Below are positions 10,764 to 20,341 of a stretch of DNA of 64,000 nt, piece after piece (position 1 is the stretch's first letter; each line of letters starts with the position of its first letter). The translations under genes and the position numbers were made by a program. The notes beneath the pieces were generated by a model, which did not search any database, was not told the origin of the DNA, and saw nothing but the letters and a program-made list of their open reading frames with translations. Origin of the DNA: Candidatus Aenigmatarchaeota archaeon (GTDB lineage: Archaea > Aenigmatarchaeota > Aenigmatarchaeia > CG10238-14 > SCSR01). Location: assembly GCA_039091335.1 (NCBI GenBank), contig JAWCME010000002.1:13263-77262 (forward strand). The letters run 5' to 3'.

Positions 10764-11270
10764 TCACCTTTTAGTTTTTATTTTTAAAAAATAAACAAAA
10801 AAGCCAATTGATGAAGCAACAAATAGTGTGATGGAAAGTAAAAGGAGTGGTGCTACTACAGTTTTTGAAATTCCTTTCAAAACTTCACCACCAACAAAAG
10901 CTTCTGCTCTATACTCTCGGTATTGTATAAAGTATTGCACAAAAGCAAAAAGTCCTCCCACAAAAGCCAATATAGAGCTAACAAGAAGGATGACCAACTT
11001 CCTAGATTTACTTGAAATAATCCCATATCCTTTTTCAGTTAAAGTATAAAAAACCCACTTCTTTCCAGGCTCTTCAATCTTTTTTACTAACTCACTTTTG
11101 GCTAAAATATCTAAGTGCTCCACTATCGTTGCATCGCTTTTGTTTAGAATCTTGCTTAAGTCAGATGGTGTTCTTTTTCCTTTGGAAAGTTCTTTCAATA
11201 TGTTCATCCTTGTATCTACAGACAAAACCTTCAATATTTCTCTGTCTACAATAGTTACTGGCTCTTCCAT
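10764..11270 (-). CDS. ArsR-type wHTH regulator with two C-terminal TM helices
   Basis: TRMNILKEL...TPSDLS...EHLDIL wHTH followed by hydrophobic helices. Confidence 0.75.
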   Translation of the reverse strand: MEEPVTIVDREILKVLSVDTRMNILKELSKGKRTPSDLSKILNKSDATIVEHLDILAKSELVKKIEEPGKKWVFYTLTEKGYGIISSKSRKLVILLVSSILAFVGGLFAFVQYFIQYREYRAEAFVGGEVLKGISKTVVAPLLLLSITLFVASSIGFFVYFLKIKTKR

Positions 11271-11406
11271 AATTTAAATTGCTAACAAAAGAATAAAACA
11301 GTGTCGATTTTATTAGGTGTTAACCGAACTTTTCTCAGGCAGTAAAAAATAATTTTAGTTTTTTACTGAATAAAAATAAAGTTAAAAACAAAAGATAAAT
11401 TATAAA

Positions 11407-11496
11407 GCCCCCGTAGCTCAACTTGGATAGAGCAGTGGCCTTCTAAGCCATTGGTTGCGGGTTCAAAAGCTTAGACTGAAATTCCCGTCGGGGGCA
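11407..11496 (+). tRNA. tRNA-Arg(TCT) with a 15-nt T-loop intron (11468-11482)
   Basis: Acceptor stem GCCCCCG/CGGGGGC, anticodon arm GTGGC-CTTCTAA-GCCAT; removing the intron gives GCGGG-TTCAAAT-CCCGT. Confidence 0.93.
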
Positions 11497-11576
11497 CTTC
11501 CAAAAAATCGATTTTTAGGGAATTCTAAGATACATGTAAAGTTTATTACCTTTCAATAAACAATATTAATGTGTAA

Positions 11577-12350
11577 ATGACAAGGGTTATAAACATAGCA
11601 TCAGGAAAAGGTGGGGTGGGAAAGACAACTTTAACTACAAATTTGGCATATGCCCTGGCAAAAATGGGTCAAGATGTTACGGTTGTGGACACAAACCTAA
11701 CCACACCAAACCTTGGTATACATCTTGGTTTATATTTAGCTCCAAATAATTTGCAGGGAGTGCTAAAAGGAGATACTAACCTTAAAGATGCAATATATCC
11801 ACATACATTTGGGTTTAAGGTAATTCCAGCTGGTCTTGGAATAGATAGTTTGATTGGAGTAGACCCATCCAGACTATACGAAGTACTTTCCGGATTGTTT
11901 GGAAAAACGGATTATGTAATATTGGACTCTGCACCTGGTTTGGGAAGGGAGGCTATTTCTTCCATAAACGCTTGTGAAGAAGTTTTGATCGTAACAAACC
12001 CGGATCTTCCAAGTATTATAGATGCATTAAAAGTTTCGAGGATAGCTATCAATACAGGGAAAAAAATAATTGGTGTTGTTGTAAACAGGAGAAATAAAAG
12101 ACGAGATGAGTTTAGTTCAAATAGAATAGAAAACATTCTTGGAATTCCTATATTGGCAGAAATTCCAGAGGATAAAAATATACCAAAAAGCATAATGTTA
12201 AAAAGGCCTGTGCTGGAAGTTTTTCCAAATTCACCATCATCAATAGAAATAAAAAGACTTGCATTCAAAATACTTGGAATTGAGGGAGGATCAGAATTTA
12301 GAGGTAAGCTTGGTCTTCTTGGAAGAATGGTAAAATGGATTACCGGATGA
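11577..12350 (+). CDS. minD: MinD/ParA-family ATPase
   Basis: Deviant Walker A SGKGGVGKT; LDSAPG. Confidence 0.85.
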   Translation: MTRVINIASGKGGVGKTTLTTNLAYALAKMGQDVTVVDTNLTTPNLGIHLGLYLAPNNLQGVLKGDTNLKDAIYPHTFGFKVIPAGLGIDSLIGVDPSRLYEVLSGLFGKTDYVILDSAPGLGREAISSINACEEVLIVTNPDLPSIIDALKVSRIAINTGKKIIGVVVNRRNKRRDEFSSNRIENILGIPILAEIPEDKNIPKSIMLKRPVLEVFPNSPSSIEIKRLAFKILGIEGGSEFRGKLGLLGRMVKWITG

Positions 12351-13983
12351 AGTTAAGTAAGGCCTCCAAATCAATCTCAAAGCATGATACGGGCATTTCA
12401 ATTTTCCAGTTTTCTATAACCTCTGGATGGATTTCACCAAACATTCCAACTTCTTTTCCGTTGATTTTAACTAGGCAGCATCTTCCATCAATAAAAGAGG
12501 GATGGGAAAATTCTTCAATATTAAAATTAAGACCCAAACTTTTAATCAAGCTTTCAACCACTCCCTTTACTTCAGAGAAACTTGATTTGGAATGACAAAT
12601 CGTACATCCAACCTTTCTTATAGTTTTTGTTAGTACCTCCTCGTTTTCGTCCATAACAACAACATCGCCAATTTCAAATATGTTTTGAGGATATTCCACA
12701 TGCTTGTTCAAAGACAATACTTTTAAAAGGCTTGGTATTATCCAAACTCTAAGGCAATTATACTCTTCAGATACAGGGTTTTCTATTTCTATTGCCTCTC
12801 CTTTTAACCTCATCTTATCGAATTGGTCAAAAAAATTTGTGAGAGTTGGTCTTAGAACTTCAATGAAACCAAAACCAACCATAAGATTCCTAATTTTTTC
12901 ACAAAAATTTTCAAGCGGTAGGTCAAGTCCAACAGTTGCCAAGTTTGGCATTTCTGGTATCAAGTTATTATAACCATAAGCTATTGCCACATCTTCTACT
13001 ATATCAACAGAATGAAGTATGTCATTCCTATAACAAGGAATTATTACGTTTATCTTCTTTCCTTTCTTCTCAATAGTTCCATATCCCATTCTTTCTAAAA
13101 GCATGCAAATTTCTTTTTTGCTCAAATTCAAACCTATTAACTTATTCACAAAATCAGTATCAATCTCCATGTTTTCCTCTTCCAATACTGGTGTTTTTTC
13201 AGCTTTCTTTCCGTACTTTACCTTTACAGCTTCAACTCTACATCCCCTATCAATCAAGTTAGTAACCAATATGTTTAGGGTTTGAAGAGTTGACTTCTTC
13301 TCGGTTCCTGTTACTTCAACAAACATAGATTTCGTCCCTTCTTTTATTCTTGTGCGCTCAGAATTTAATATCGGTGGAAAACTGAATATTCCCTTAGAAT
13401 CGACATATACAGGGAATTCCCCAGAAAGAACATGAGCAAATTCAATTCCTTTTTGGGTGTTTGTTAGCACTTCCTTCAGGCTCATTTCCTTTTTTTCCCC
13501 AAGAGGTAAAAATTTTGCTTCTGGGCTTGCGGTTTTGTAGGAGATTGGTGGTTCTATCTTTTCAAGGTCATGAATTCCGATAGCAACCCTTTTCCTATTT
13601 CTTCCAATAGTTTCATGCAATGCTTCTTGTATGTTCATAAGGCTTCTTATTAGTTCATCACTAAGCTTCACATTCTTAACTATGGCACATGCAATATATG
13701 GCCTACTTTTAACTTCCCCAACCATCACCTCTGTTTTTGCCTCCTCTACATGGTATTTTACTAATCCTGTTTCAATCCCTAAGAAATACCTTATTGCTCT
13801 TGCCAGTCCTTCTATTCCAAAAAGGTCTGCTCTGTCGGGTGTTAGTTCAACTGTTATTTCATTTTTCTCAATTTTTTCTACATTAAGTTTTATCATATTT
13901 ATAGCTTCTTCTATCTCTTTTTCTGTTATGTCCTTTCCTATTAGCTTGATCAAATCTTTTTTATCATAAGTTAGTGTTGGCAC
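12340..13983 (-). CDS. pheT: Phenylalanyl-tRNA synthetase beta subunit
   Basis: TPDRADL, FPPILNS, RNDILHSVDIVEDVAIAYGY; GTG start inferred. Confidence 0.93.
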   Translation of the reverse strand: MPTLTYDKKDLIKLIGKDITEKEIEEAINMIKLNVEKIEKNEITVELTPDRADLFGIEGLARAIRYFLGIETGLVKYHVEEAKTEVMVGEVKSRPYIACAIVKNVKLSDELIRSLMNIQEALHETIGRNRKRVAIGIHDLEKIEPPISYKTASPEAKFLPLGEKKEMSLKEVLTNTQKGIEFAHVLSGEFPVYVDSKGIFSFPPILNSERTRIKEGTKSMFVEVTGTEKKSTLQTLNILVTNLIDRGCRVEAVKVKYGKKAEKTPVLEEENMEIDTDFVNKLIGLNLSKKEICMLLERMGYGTIEKKGKKINVIIPCYRNDILHSVDIVEDVAIAYGYNNLIPEMPNLATVGLDLPLENFCEKIRNLMVGFGFIEVLRPTLTNFFDQFDKMRLKGEAIEIENPVSEEYNCLRVWIIPSLLKVLSLNKHVEYPQNIFEIGDVVVMDENEEVLTKTIRKVGCTICHSKSSFSEVKGVVESLIKSLGLNFNIEEFSHPSFIDGRCCLVKINGKEVGMFGEIHPEVIENWKIEMPVSCFEIDLEALLNFIR

Positions 13984-15491
13984 TATATCACCAGTTCTTT
14001 GTTTCTTAACCAATTCAAGTCGTCTGAATAAAGATACCTTATATCCTCAACACCAAGCCTAACCATTGCCATCCTACCAATACCAAGTCCCCATGCTAAA
14101 ACTGGTACTTCTATTCCAAGAGGAACTGTTACTTCTGGCCTAAAAATACCAGCACCACCAAACTCGAACCAACCAAGCTTAGGATGATAAGCTATACCTT
14201 CTACACTCGGTTCTGTAAATGGGAAGAAGGATGGCTTAAACCTAACTTTTTCTACTTCCATAATAGCTACTGCTATTTCCTTAAGGAAGCCCAAAAGGTT
14301 CCTTAAGTTTAAGTCTTCTCCCACAACTATACCTTCGCAATGTTCAAACTCTATGAAGTGCTTAGCATCTATCACATCTGGCCTGAATACTCTATCTATC
14401 ATAAACATTTTATGAGGCAGTTTCTTTCCTTTTAACGAATAAAGTGTTCTTGAAGATACAGCGGTTCCATGACTTCTTAGTATAAGTCTTCTTGCAAGAT
14501 CAAAGTCCCAGTTTCCCCAGCCTTTACTTCCTGTTATCCATCCATTTTTGTGTGTTTCTTCAACCCTCTCCCACAACTCTTTATCCAGAACTTTCCCAAA
14601 TTTTATGTTTTTGACAGTATATATGTCGTGAACACTTCTAGCAGGATGGTCAGACGGCATAAATAAGGCATCACAATTCCAAAAATTTAGCTCAACAAAA
14701 GGTCCTCTTGCTTCCACAAAACCAAGACCAATAAGTCTTTTCCTTATTTTGTCTATGATTTGTCTGTACGGATGAATTTTTCCAGGATAAATTTTTGGTG
14801 CGGGAAGGAAAACGTCATACTTTCTAATCTTTTTATTTTTCCACTCTCCAGTTTTGATAATTTCTGGAGTAAGTTGACCAATTTCTTCAACTACTTCCTT
14901 TAACTTTTCAGACAAGCTTTTTCCAAGCTCGGAAAGAAAGAAGTTCCTTTCTACTTCAACTACTTTTTTAATTATTCCCCTTTTGATAAAATCTTCAACA
15001 AGCCCTATATTTTCTACCTCTTCTATTCTATGCCTTCCTACCATCAATCTTTTGATCAATTCTTCTCCTTCTGTAATCATTCTTACTGCTTTTTCCCCAG
15101 CATCCGTTAAAAAAATTTTTCCTTCCTTTATCTCAATCCATCCGTTCTTCCTTGCCCAAATTATTCCTATCTCAGCCCTTTCAATCTTGTCTTTAATTTT
15201 CGAAATTTCATTTATTCCAGAATCTATTGCTTGAATAAGATTTTTTTCTGGAAGTCCATACCTTACATATTCTATTCCCTCTTCTGTCAATTCTAGGAAT
15301 TCAAACTTAATTTCTTCTGTTTCCAAAATACCTTTAGCTCTTGCCCAAAGACATGCTCTTTCTATTTCATCCTTTTTAAGTCCGCTCTCTTTGGATATTT
15401 CTTCGACCCCCGTCTTTCCTAAAACCATTAAAGCCCTTACTACCTTTTTCTCGTTTTCATGCAGTTTTTCTATCAATTCTTCAACTCCCAT
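13983..15491 (-). CDS. pheS: Phenylalanyl-tRNA synthetase alpha subunit
   Basis: DHPAR, FPFTEPS, GAGIFRPE, AWGLG. Confidence 0.95.
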   Translation of the reverse strand: MGVEELIEKLHENEKKVVRALMVLGKTGVEEISKESGLKKDEIERACLWARAKGILETEEIKFEFLELTEEGIEYVRYGLPEKNLIQAIDSGINEISKIKDKIERAEIGIIWARKNGWIEIKEGKIFLTDAGEKAVRMITEGEELIKRLMVGRHRIEEVENIGLVEDFIKRGIIKKVVEVERNFFLSELGKSLSEKLKEVVEEIGQLTPEIIKTGEWKNKKIRKYDVFLPAPKIYPGKIHPYRQIIDKIRKRLIGLGFVEARGPFVELNFWNCDALFMPSDHPARSVHDIYTVKNIKFGKVLDKELWERVEETHKNGWITGSKGWGNWDFDLARRLILRSHGTAVSSRTLYSLKGKKLPHKMFMIDRVFRPDVIDAKHFIEFEHCEGIVVGEDLNLRNLLGFLKEIAVAIMEVEKVRFKPSFFPFTEPSVEGIAYHPKLGWFEFGGAGIFRPEVTVPLGIEVPVLAWGLGIGRMAMVRLGVEDIRYLYSDDLNWLRNKELVI

Positions 15492-15521
15492 TTATAAAAA
15501 TATTTTTATTGCAAGTATAAA

Positions 15522-15758
15522 TTAAACAACCCTCCACCCATTATCATTTTTCTCTACAGGAAGTTTTTTTAATATCCTTCCCACATTAAACGGATTAATT
15601 TCTATTCCATTTCTTTTCAATATTTCTGATATTTCTGTTGCAGTATAGTATTTTCTATTCGTACCACATAACTCTTTAAGTGTTTTATACACCATCTCCA
15701 CAATTTTTTCATAACCAAACTTATTTATAATTTCTCTTTCTTTTTTGTTGTATCTCAT
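15522..15758 (-). CDS. Small wHTH-like protein
   Basis: TATEISEIL...VGRILKKL pattern. Confidence 0.5.
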   Translation of the reverse strand: MRYNKKEREIINKFGYEKIVEMVYKTLKELCGTNRKYYTATEISEILKRNGIEINPFNVGRILKKLPVEKNDNGWRVV

Positions 15759-15981
15759 TTTCTCCCTCCTTTAAAAAATTTAAAAAAATTATCCCAAGGT
15801 TTGTGATTTTTACAGGAATTCCCTTGTTTTTTTGATCACCACATTCTATGATACCAAGCTCTTTAAGTTTTTTGGCATTCCACCTCAATGTAGATTCTGG
15901 GATGTTATGTTTTTTAGAAATTTCATACAAGAGCGAAGTAATGGTTATATTTTTCCATTTTATCATTTCGTTTAATATCAA
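15721..15981 (-). CDS. wHTH protein (true start probably further upstream)
   Basis: TITSLLYEISKK...ESTLRWNAKKLKELGII; frame open to 16050. Confidence 0.6.
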   Translation of the reverse strand: MILNEMIKWKNITITSLLYEISKKHNIPESTLRWNAKKLKELGIIECGDQKNKGIPVKITNLGIIFLNFLKEGENEIQQKRKRNYK

Positions 15982-16123
15982 AATCCCATGCTTATTAATT
16001 ACTCTAAGGAAAATGTTACTTAACTTCTTGGAAGAAATTGGTATGGCATCTTAATTAATTTGTGTTGTATTATTTATAAAGATAATGCGCAAATTTTATT
16101 GCAGTTATAAGAGAAAAAGTAAA

Positions 16124-16831
16124 TTACCTAACTGGTGTGTAAAAATTCTTATATGTCCTTCCTGTTAGAAAATAGGTTAATGTAAAAAAAATATATTTAT
16201 AGGCGGTTTTAATTCTTCCCCATTTTTCAAATCTTCTAACAGAATTAAAGACTAAGATTTTTTCTTTAAAAACGATTTTTCCAACCTTTGAGATTCTTTT
16301 GGATAAATCTAAATCTTCATCAAAATATAAATTTTCATTAAAGCCACCAACACTTTTAAAGGCGTCCTTTCTGTAGGCACAAAAAATTCCTGGAATACAG
16401 GGGGTTTTTAAAAATATAGAGAACTTTATAAAGTTGTTAATAAACCAATAGATAAGATAATCGATTATCTTATTGCTAATTGGTAAAATTAGGCAAGCCA
16501 CGCCAACCACTTCCTTTTTTTTAAAAACTTTGGCTAACTCGCTTAAGGTATTGTATAGTATTAGTGTATCCGCATCAACAAAAACCAATATATCCCCTTT
16601 TGCGACAGATGCTCCGGCATTCCTGCCTACTGCAGGGCATTTCTTCTTCGTAATAACTATTTTATTAGCATACTTTCTGGCTATTTTAAGAGTGTTGTCT
16701 CTGCTTCTTCCATCAGACACTATTATTTCTACCTTTCCTCCATAGTCTTGATTTTTTATACTTCTTAATGTAGCCTCAAGATATTTTTCTTCGTTATATG
16801 TTGGGACTATTACTGAAATTAGCGGTTTCAT
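16124..16831 (-). CDS. GT2 glycosyltransferase
   Basis: SVIVPTYNEE, FVDAD, GGFNE..EDLD. Confidence 0.9.
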   Translation of the reverse strand: MKPLISVIVPTYNEEKYLEATLRSIKNQDYGGKVEIIVSDGRSRDNTLKIARKYANKIVITKKKCPAVGRNAGASVAKGDILVFVDADTLILYNTLSELAKVFKKKEVVGVACLILPISNKIIDYLIYWFINNFIKFSIFLKTPCIPGIFCAYRKDAFKSVGGFNENLYFDEDLDLSKRISKVGKIVFKEKILVFNSVRRFEKWGRIKTAYKYIFFTLTYFLTGRTYKNFYTPVR

Positions 16832-16904
16832 AATTTTTTATTAATCTCATTAAAAACTTTAAATATTATCTAAATTAGCAAATAAAACTAAATTATCTGG
16901 TAAT

Positions 16905-18029
16905 TCAATCTCTTAACATAAATTTATCAATTTTATTTTTTGCGTCCTCCCTTTTTTTTTGATGTTCTTTGATGAATTTTTTTATCCTTTCCGAAAGAAT
17001 TTCTTTGCACTCACCACACAACCTATTTCCTTTTTTACAATCTTCAAAAATTTTTTGCACTTTTTTATCATCTTCTTCAAATAAAAAGTAATAGTACTGA
17101 TAAACTGGGCATAATTCAGGGTTTCCACCCTTCTCCTTCTGCTCTTTTATTGTCGGTTGTCCAGCATCAAAGGCATTCATCACCTTTCTTTCAATTTTTT
17201 CTTCTGTGTCAGATGTAAATATAGCTGTTTCTGGTTCGCTCGAGCTCATCTTTCCTCCTTTTCCTAATCCAGGAAAGAACTTAGAGTGGATTTCTGCTGG
17301 CTTATAAAAATTCAGTTTTGGTGCAACATCCCTTGCCATCCTCCAGTAGGGAGATTGGTCTATTGCCGCAGGTATAAGACAGGGTATATTCTTTCCTTTT
17401 AATACTGAAGGAAGAAAGCAAGGAACCGCCTGAATTGCTGGGAAGAAAACAATTCCTATGTTTGAAGTATTTTTAAAACCAAATATTGATTTTACAGTAG
17501 AAAATGTAACATGTTTTGCAATTTGTATAGCAATCTTATACTGCGTTTTTGCATATTCTGTATTAGAGAAAATAAACGTTTTTTTATAGTCAAAGTCACA
17601 TGCTATGACATCTAGAACATTGTCATAAGTATAACCAATAGTATCTTGAAGGCTAAGCTCGGGCTTAACTAAAAACTTTTCATCATCTGTCATTTGAAAA
17701 TACAACTCTGCATCAAATTTTTTTTGTAGCCAACTTGTGAATATCCAAGGTATTAAATGTCCTATGTGTGTGTGCCCAGAAGGTCCTCTTCCTGTATAAA
17801 GAAAAAATTTCTCTCCATTTTCATATCTTTCCAATATCCAATCCATATCTCTGTGAGAGAAAAATATTTTTCTTCTCAAAAGAAAATGAAGTTCTTTCGT
17901 ATGTTTCTTTATTCTTTCCAAAAGTTCATCTGTTATTCTTTTTACGCCAAACTCCTTTATCAGTTTTTCATAATCTACTTCTCCCCTAACTTCCCAAGGA
18001 GTTACTAAAAACTTTTTTTGTTTTATCAT
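16905..18029 (-). CDS. trpS: Tryptophanyl-tRNA synthetase
   Basis: VTPWEV, YTGRGPS..HIGH, AIDQ, KMSSS. Confidence 0.95.
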   Translation of the reverse strand: MIKQKKFLVTPWEVRGEVDYEKLIKEFGVKRITDELLERIKKHTKELHFLLRRKIFFSHRDMDWILERYENGEKFFLYTGRGPSGHTHIGHLIPWIFTSWLQKKFDAELYFQMTDDEKFLVKPELSLQDTIGYTYDNVLDVIACDFDYKKTFIFSNTEYAKTQYKIAIQIAKHVTFSTVKSIFGFKNTSNIGIVFFPAIQAVPCFLPSVLKGKNIPCLIPAAIDQSPYWRMARDVAPKLNFYKPAEIHSKFFPGLGKGGKMSSSEPETAIFTSDTEEKIERKVMNAFDAGQPTIKEQKEKGGNPELCPVYQYYYFLFEEDDKKVQKIFEDCKKGNRLCGECKEILSERIKKFIKEHQKKREDAKNKIDKFMLRD

Positions 18030-18094
18030 AGCTTATTATTCATTTTGTTTTTAAATTTAAAAATTAAAAATATTTTAATTTACTTGGTGATTGT

Positions 18095-18538
18095 TTGGCT
18101 GTATTTAAGTTGGTAGTAAGCGAACCAGAAACAAAGAAGAGTTATCAGTTAGAAGTAGAGCAGAGTAAAGTTCAGTCTCTAATCGGAAAAAAAATTGGAG
18201 AAGAATTTCCTGGAGACCTTATTGGTTTAAATGGCTATATGTTAAAGATTACAGGAGGAACTGACAAGGATGGCTTTCCCATGCACCCATCTGTTTCTGG
18301 AATGGGAAGAAAAAAAGTTTTGTTGTCCTCTCCACCCTGTTTTCATCCAAGGTTAAAGGGGGAGAGAAGGAGAAAAACGGTAAGAGGAAACACAATAAGC
18401 GAAGATATAGTCCAAATAAATGTTAAGGTTACAAAAAAAGGAGAAAAGCCTTTAGAGGAATTAATCCCTGTTAAGCCCAAAGAAAAGAAAGAAGAGGAAA
18501 AAACAAAAGAGGAGATAGAAACAAAAACAGAAAAATAA
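18095..18538 (+). CDS. rps6e: 30S ribosomal protein S6e
   Basis: KITGGTDKDGFPM, GERRRKTVRGN. Confidence 0.95.
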   Translation: MAVFKLVVSEPETKKSYQLEVEQSKVQSLIGKKIGEEFPGDLIGLNGYMLKITGGTDKDGFPMHPSVSGMGRKKVLLSSPPCFHPRLKGERRRKTVRGNTISEDIVQINVKVTKKGEKPLEELIPVKPKEKKEEEKTKEEIETKTEK

Positions 18539-18602
18539 ATTACAAATAAAAATTTCATCTTTATTTTTATTTATTAGAAAATATTTGAAGGGGTGATGAA
18601 AA

Positions 18603-19845
18603 GTAACAAAAGAGATTAATCCAAAGCTAATACCTAAATGTAACATAGGTATGGTCGGACATTGCTAAAGCAACCGAAAACGTTGCGCATGGAAAGACAA
18701 GCCTAGTTGAAACAATTACTGGAAAGTCAACACTAATGCATTCTGAAGAATTGAAAAGGGGAATTACAATTCGCTTGGGTTATGCGGATGCAAAAATTTA
18801 CAAATGTATAAAATGTGGAAAATATTGTTCAAGCGAAAAATGTCCTTTCTGTTTTTCTGATTGTGAGCTTCAAAGAACAGTAAGTTTTGTGGACGCCCCT
18901 GGACATGAAACTTTAATGGCCACAGTTTTAACTGGTGCTGCATTAATGAATGGGGCGATTCTTGTGATTGCAGCAAACGAGAAGTGTCCTCAGCCGCAGA
19001 CTCGTGAGCATCTTACTGCTTTGGAAGTCGTTGGAATTAAAAATGTGATAATAGTTCAAAGCAAGATAGATTTGGTTACAGAAGAAAGGGCATTGGATAG
19101 CTATAAAGAAATAAAAGAATTCATTAAAGGAAGTAGCATAGAGAATTCCCCAATAATACCGGTTTCCTCTAAACAGAGAATAAACATAAGTTCAGTTATA
19201 GAGGCAATAGAGGAATTCATTCCAGACCCGGAATTAGATGAGAAAAAAGAACTGAGAATGCTTGTTGCAAGAAGCTTTGACATAAATAAACCTGGTACAA
19301 GCCCGGAAAAGCTTGTTGGTGGGGTTTTGGGTGGAGCAATAATTCAGGGAAAATTAAGAGTTGGGGAGGAAATTGAAATTAGACCAGGTGTAATGGTCGG
19401 CTCAAAAAGAATTCCGCTTTTTACTCATGTTTTAGGGATTAAAAAATCGAATATAGAAATGGAAGAGGCTGGTCCAGGAGGTTTGCTTGGGGTATTAACT
19501 GGCTTAGACCCATTTTTAACTAAGTCTGATTCTCTTGTGGGAAGTGTGGTTGGTCTTCCAGGAAAAATTCCAGAAACAAGAGAGGAGTTAAGAATAAATG
19601 TTAATTTACTTGAGAGAGCAGTTGGTTCAAAGGATTTGAGCGCAATATCTCCAATTAAAATAGGAGAAGAGCTTATGATAAACGTAGGAACAGCACGATC
19701 TATAGGAAAGGTTAGCTCAATTAAAAAAGATTATATTGAATTAAAACTTAAAATACCAGTATGTGCTGAGGAAAAAGAAAGGATAGCGATTTCTAGGTCA
19801 ATCCTTGGAAGATGGAGGCTTATTGGTTGGGGTGTAATAAAGTAG
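18603..19845 (+). CDS. eif2g: Translation initiation factor aIF2 gamma; exons about 18603-18660 and 18680-19845
   Basis: Spliced product reads ..PKCNIGMVGHVAHGKTSL...HSEELKRGITIRLGY...DAPGHE...WRLIGWG (about 407 aa). Start codon uncertain. Confidence 0.9.
18661..18679 (+). other. Putative BHB mRNA intron (19 nt) in aIF2-gamma
   Basis: Helix TCGG/CCGA, bulges AC^A and AA^A, inner stem TTGC-TAAA-GCAA; in-frame TAA. Confidence 0.85.
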
Positions 19846-19846
19846 T

Positions 19847-20278
19847 TTATGCGCAGAATACAGATGCTTGAATGCTTTTTCCAATTGGAGGCACTATTCT
19901 ATAAACACATGTTTTTGGACCTGTGCAATCAGTGTTTTTGAGTGTTCCTGTCTTACCAGGCTCTATTCTACTAGTATCACCAGTTACTGAGTCAGCGGCA
20001 TAATTTCCACCAGAAGTTCTTATTACTGTTATACTACCACAAGTCGCCGCATTTTCTGATATTGTACAACTACCACTTACAAAACTTATATCAGATGTTC
20101 CTATATTTCTTATCATTATAGTTACAATACCTCCTGTACAGTAACTATCGACTATTTCAATTCCCTGAGTAGCTCCAGTAAAAACCCCGCTTATATACAT
20201 ATAAGCCATTCCTGCCAAAGCTATTGTTATTACTAACATTAAAATAGTAGCAATTACAGCAGAAACACCCTTTTCCAT
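19847..20278 (-). CDS. Archaeal type IV pilin
   Basis: Class III signal KG|VSAVIATILMLVITIALAG; Cys-containing variable region. Confidence 0.85.
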   Translation of the reverse strand: MEKGVSAVIATILMLVITIALAGMAYMYISGVFTGATQGIEIVDSYCTGGIVTIMIRNIGTSDISFVSGSCTISENAATCGSITVIRTSGGNYAADSVTGDTSRIEPGKTGTLKNTDCTGPKTCVYRIVPPIGKSIQASVFCA

Positions 20279-20341
20279 TCCTTCACCTTATTAATTTTTG
20301 TTTTTTTTAATTTAAATATTATTTAAATAGAAAATATTTTT

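Noticed and set aside
18661..18679. Pseudogene or sequencing-error explanation for the three inserts
   Set aside because: The genes are essential and otherwise conserved, and random errors would not give three BHB folds with frame-restoring cut sites. Only reads can exclude it fully.
18736..19845. 369-aa ORF as the complete aIF2-gamma
   Set aside because: It lacks the G1 P-loop, which is encoded upstream across the 19-nt insert.
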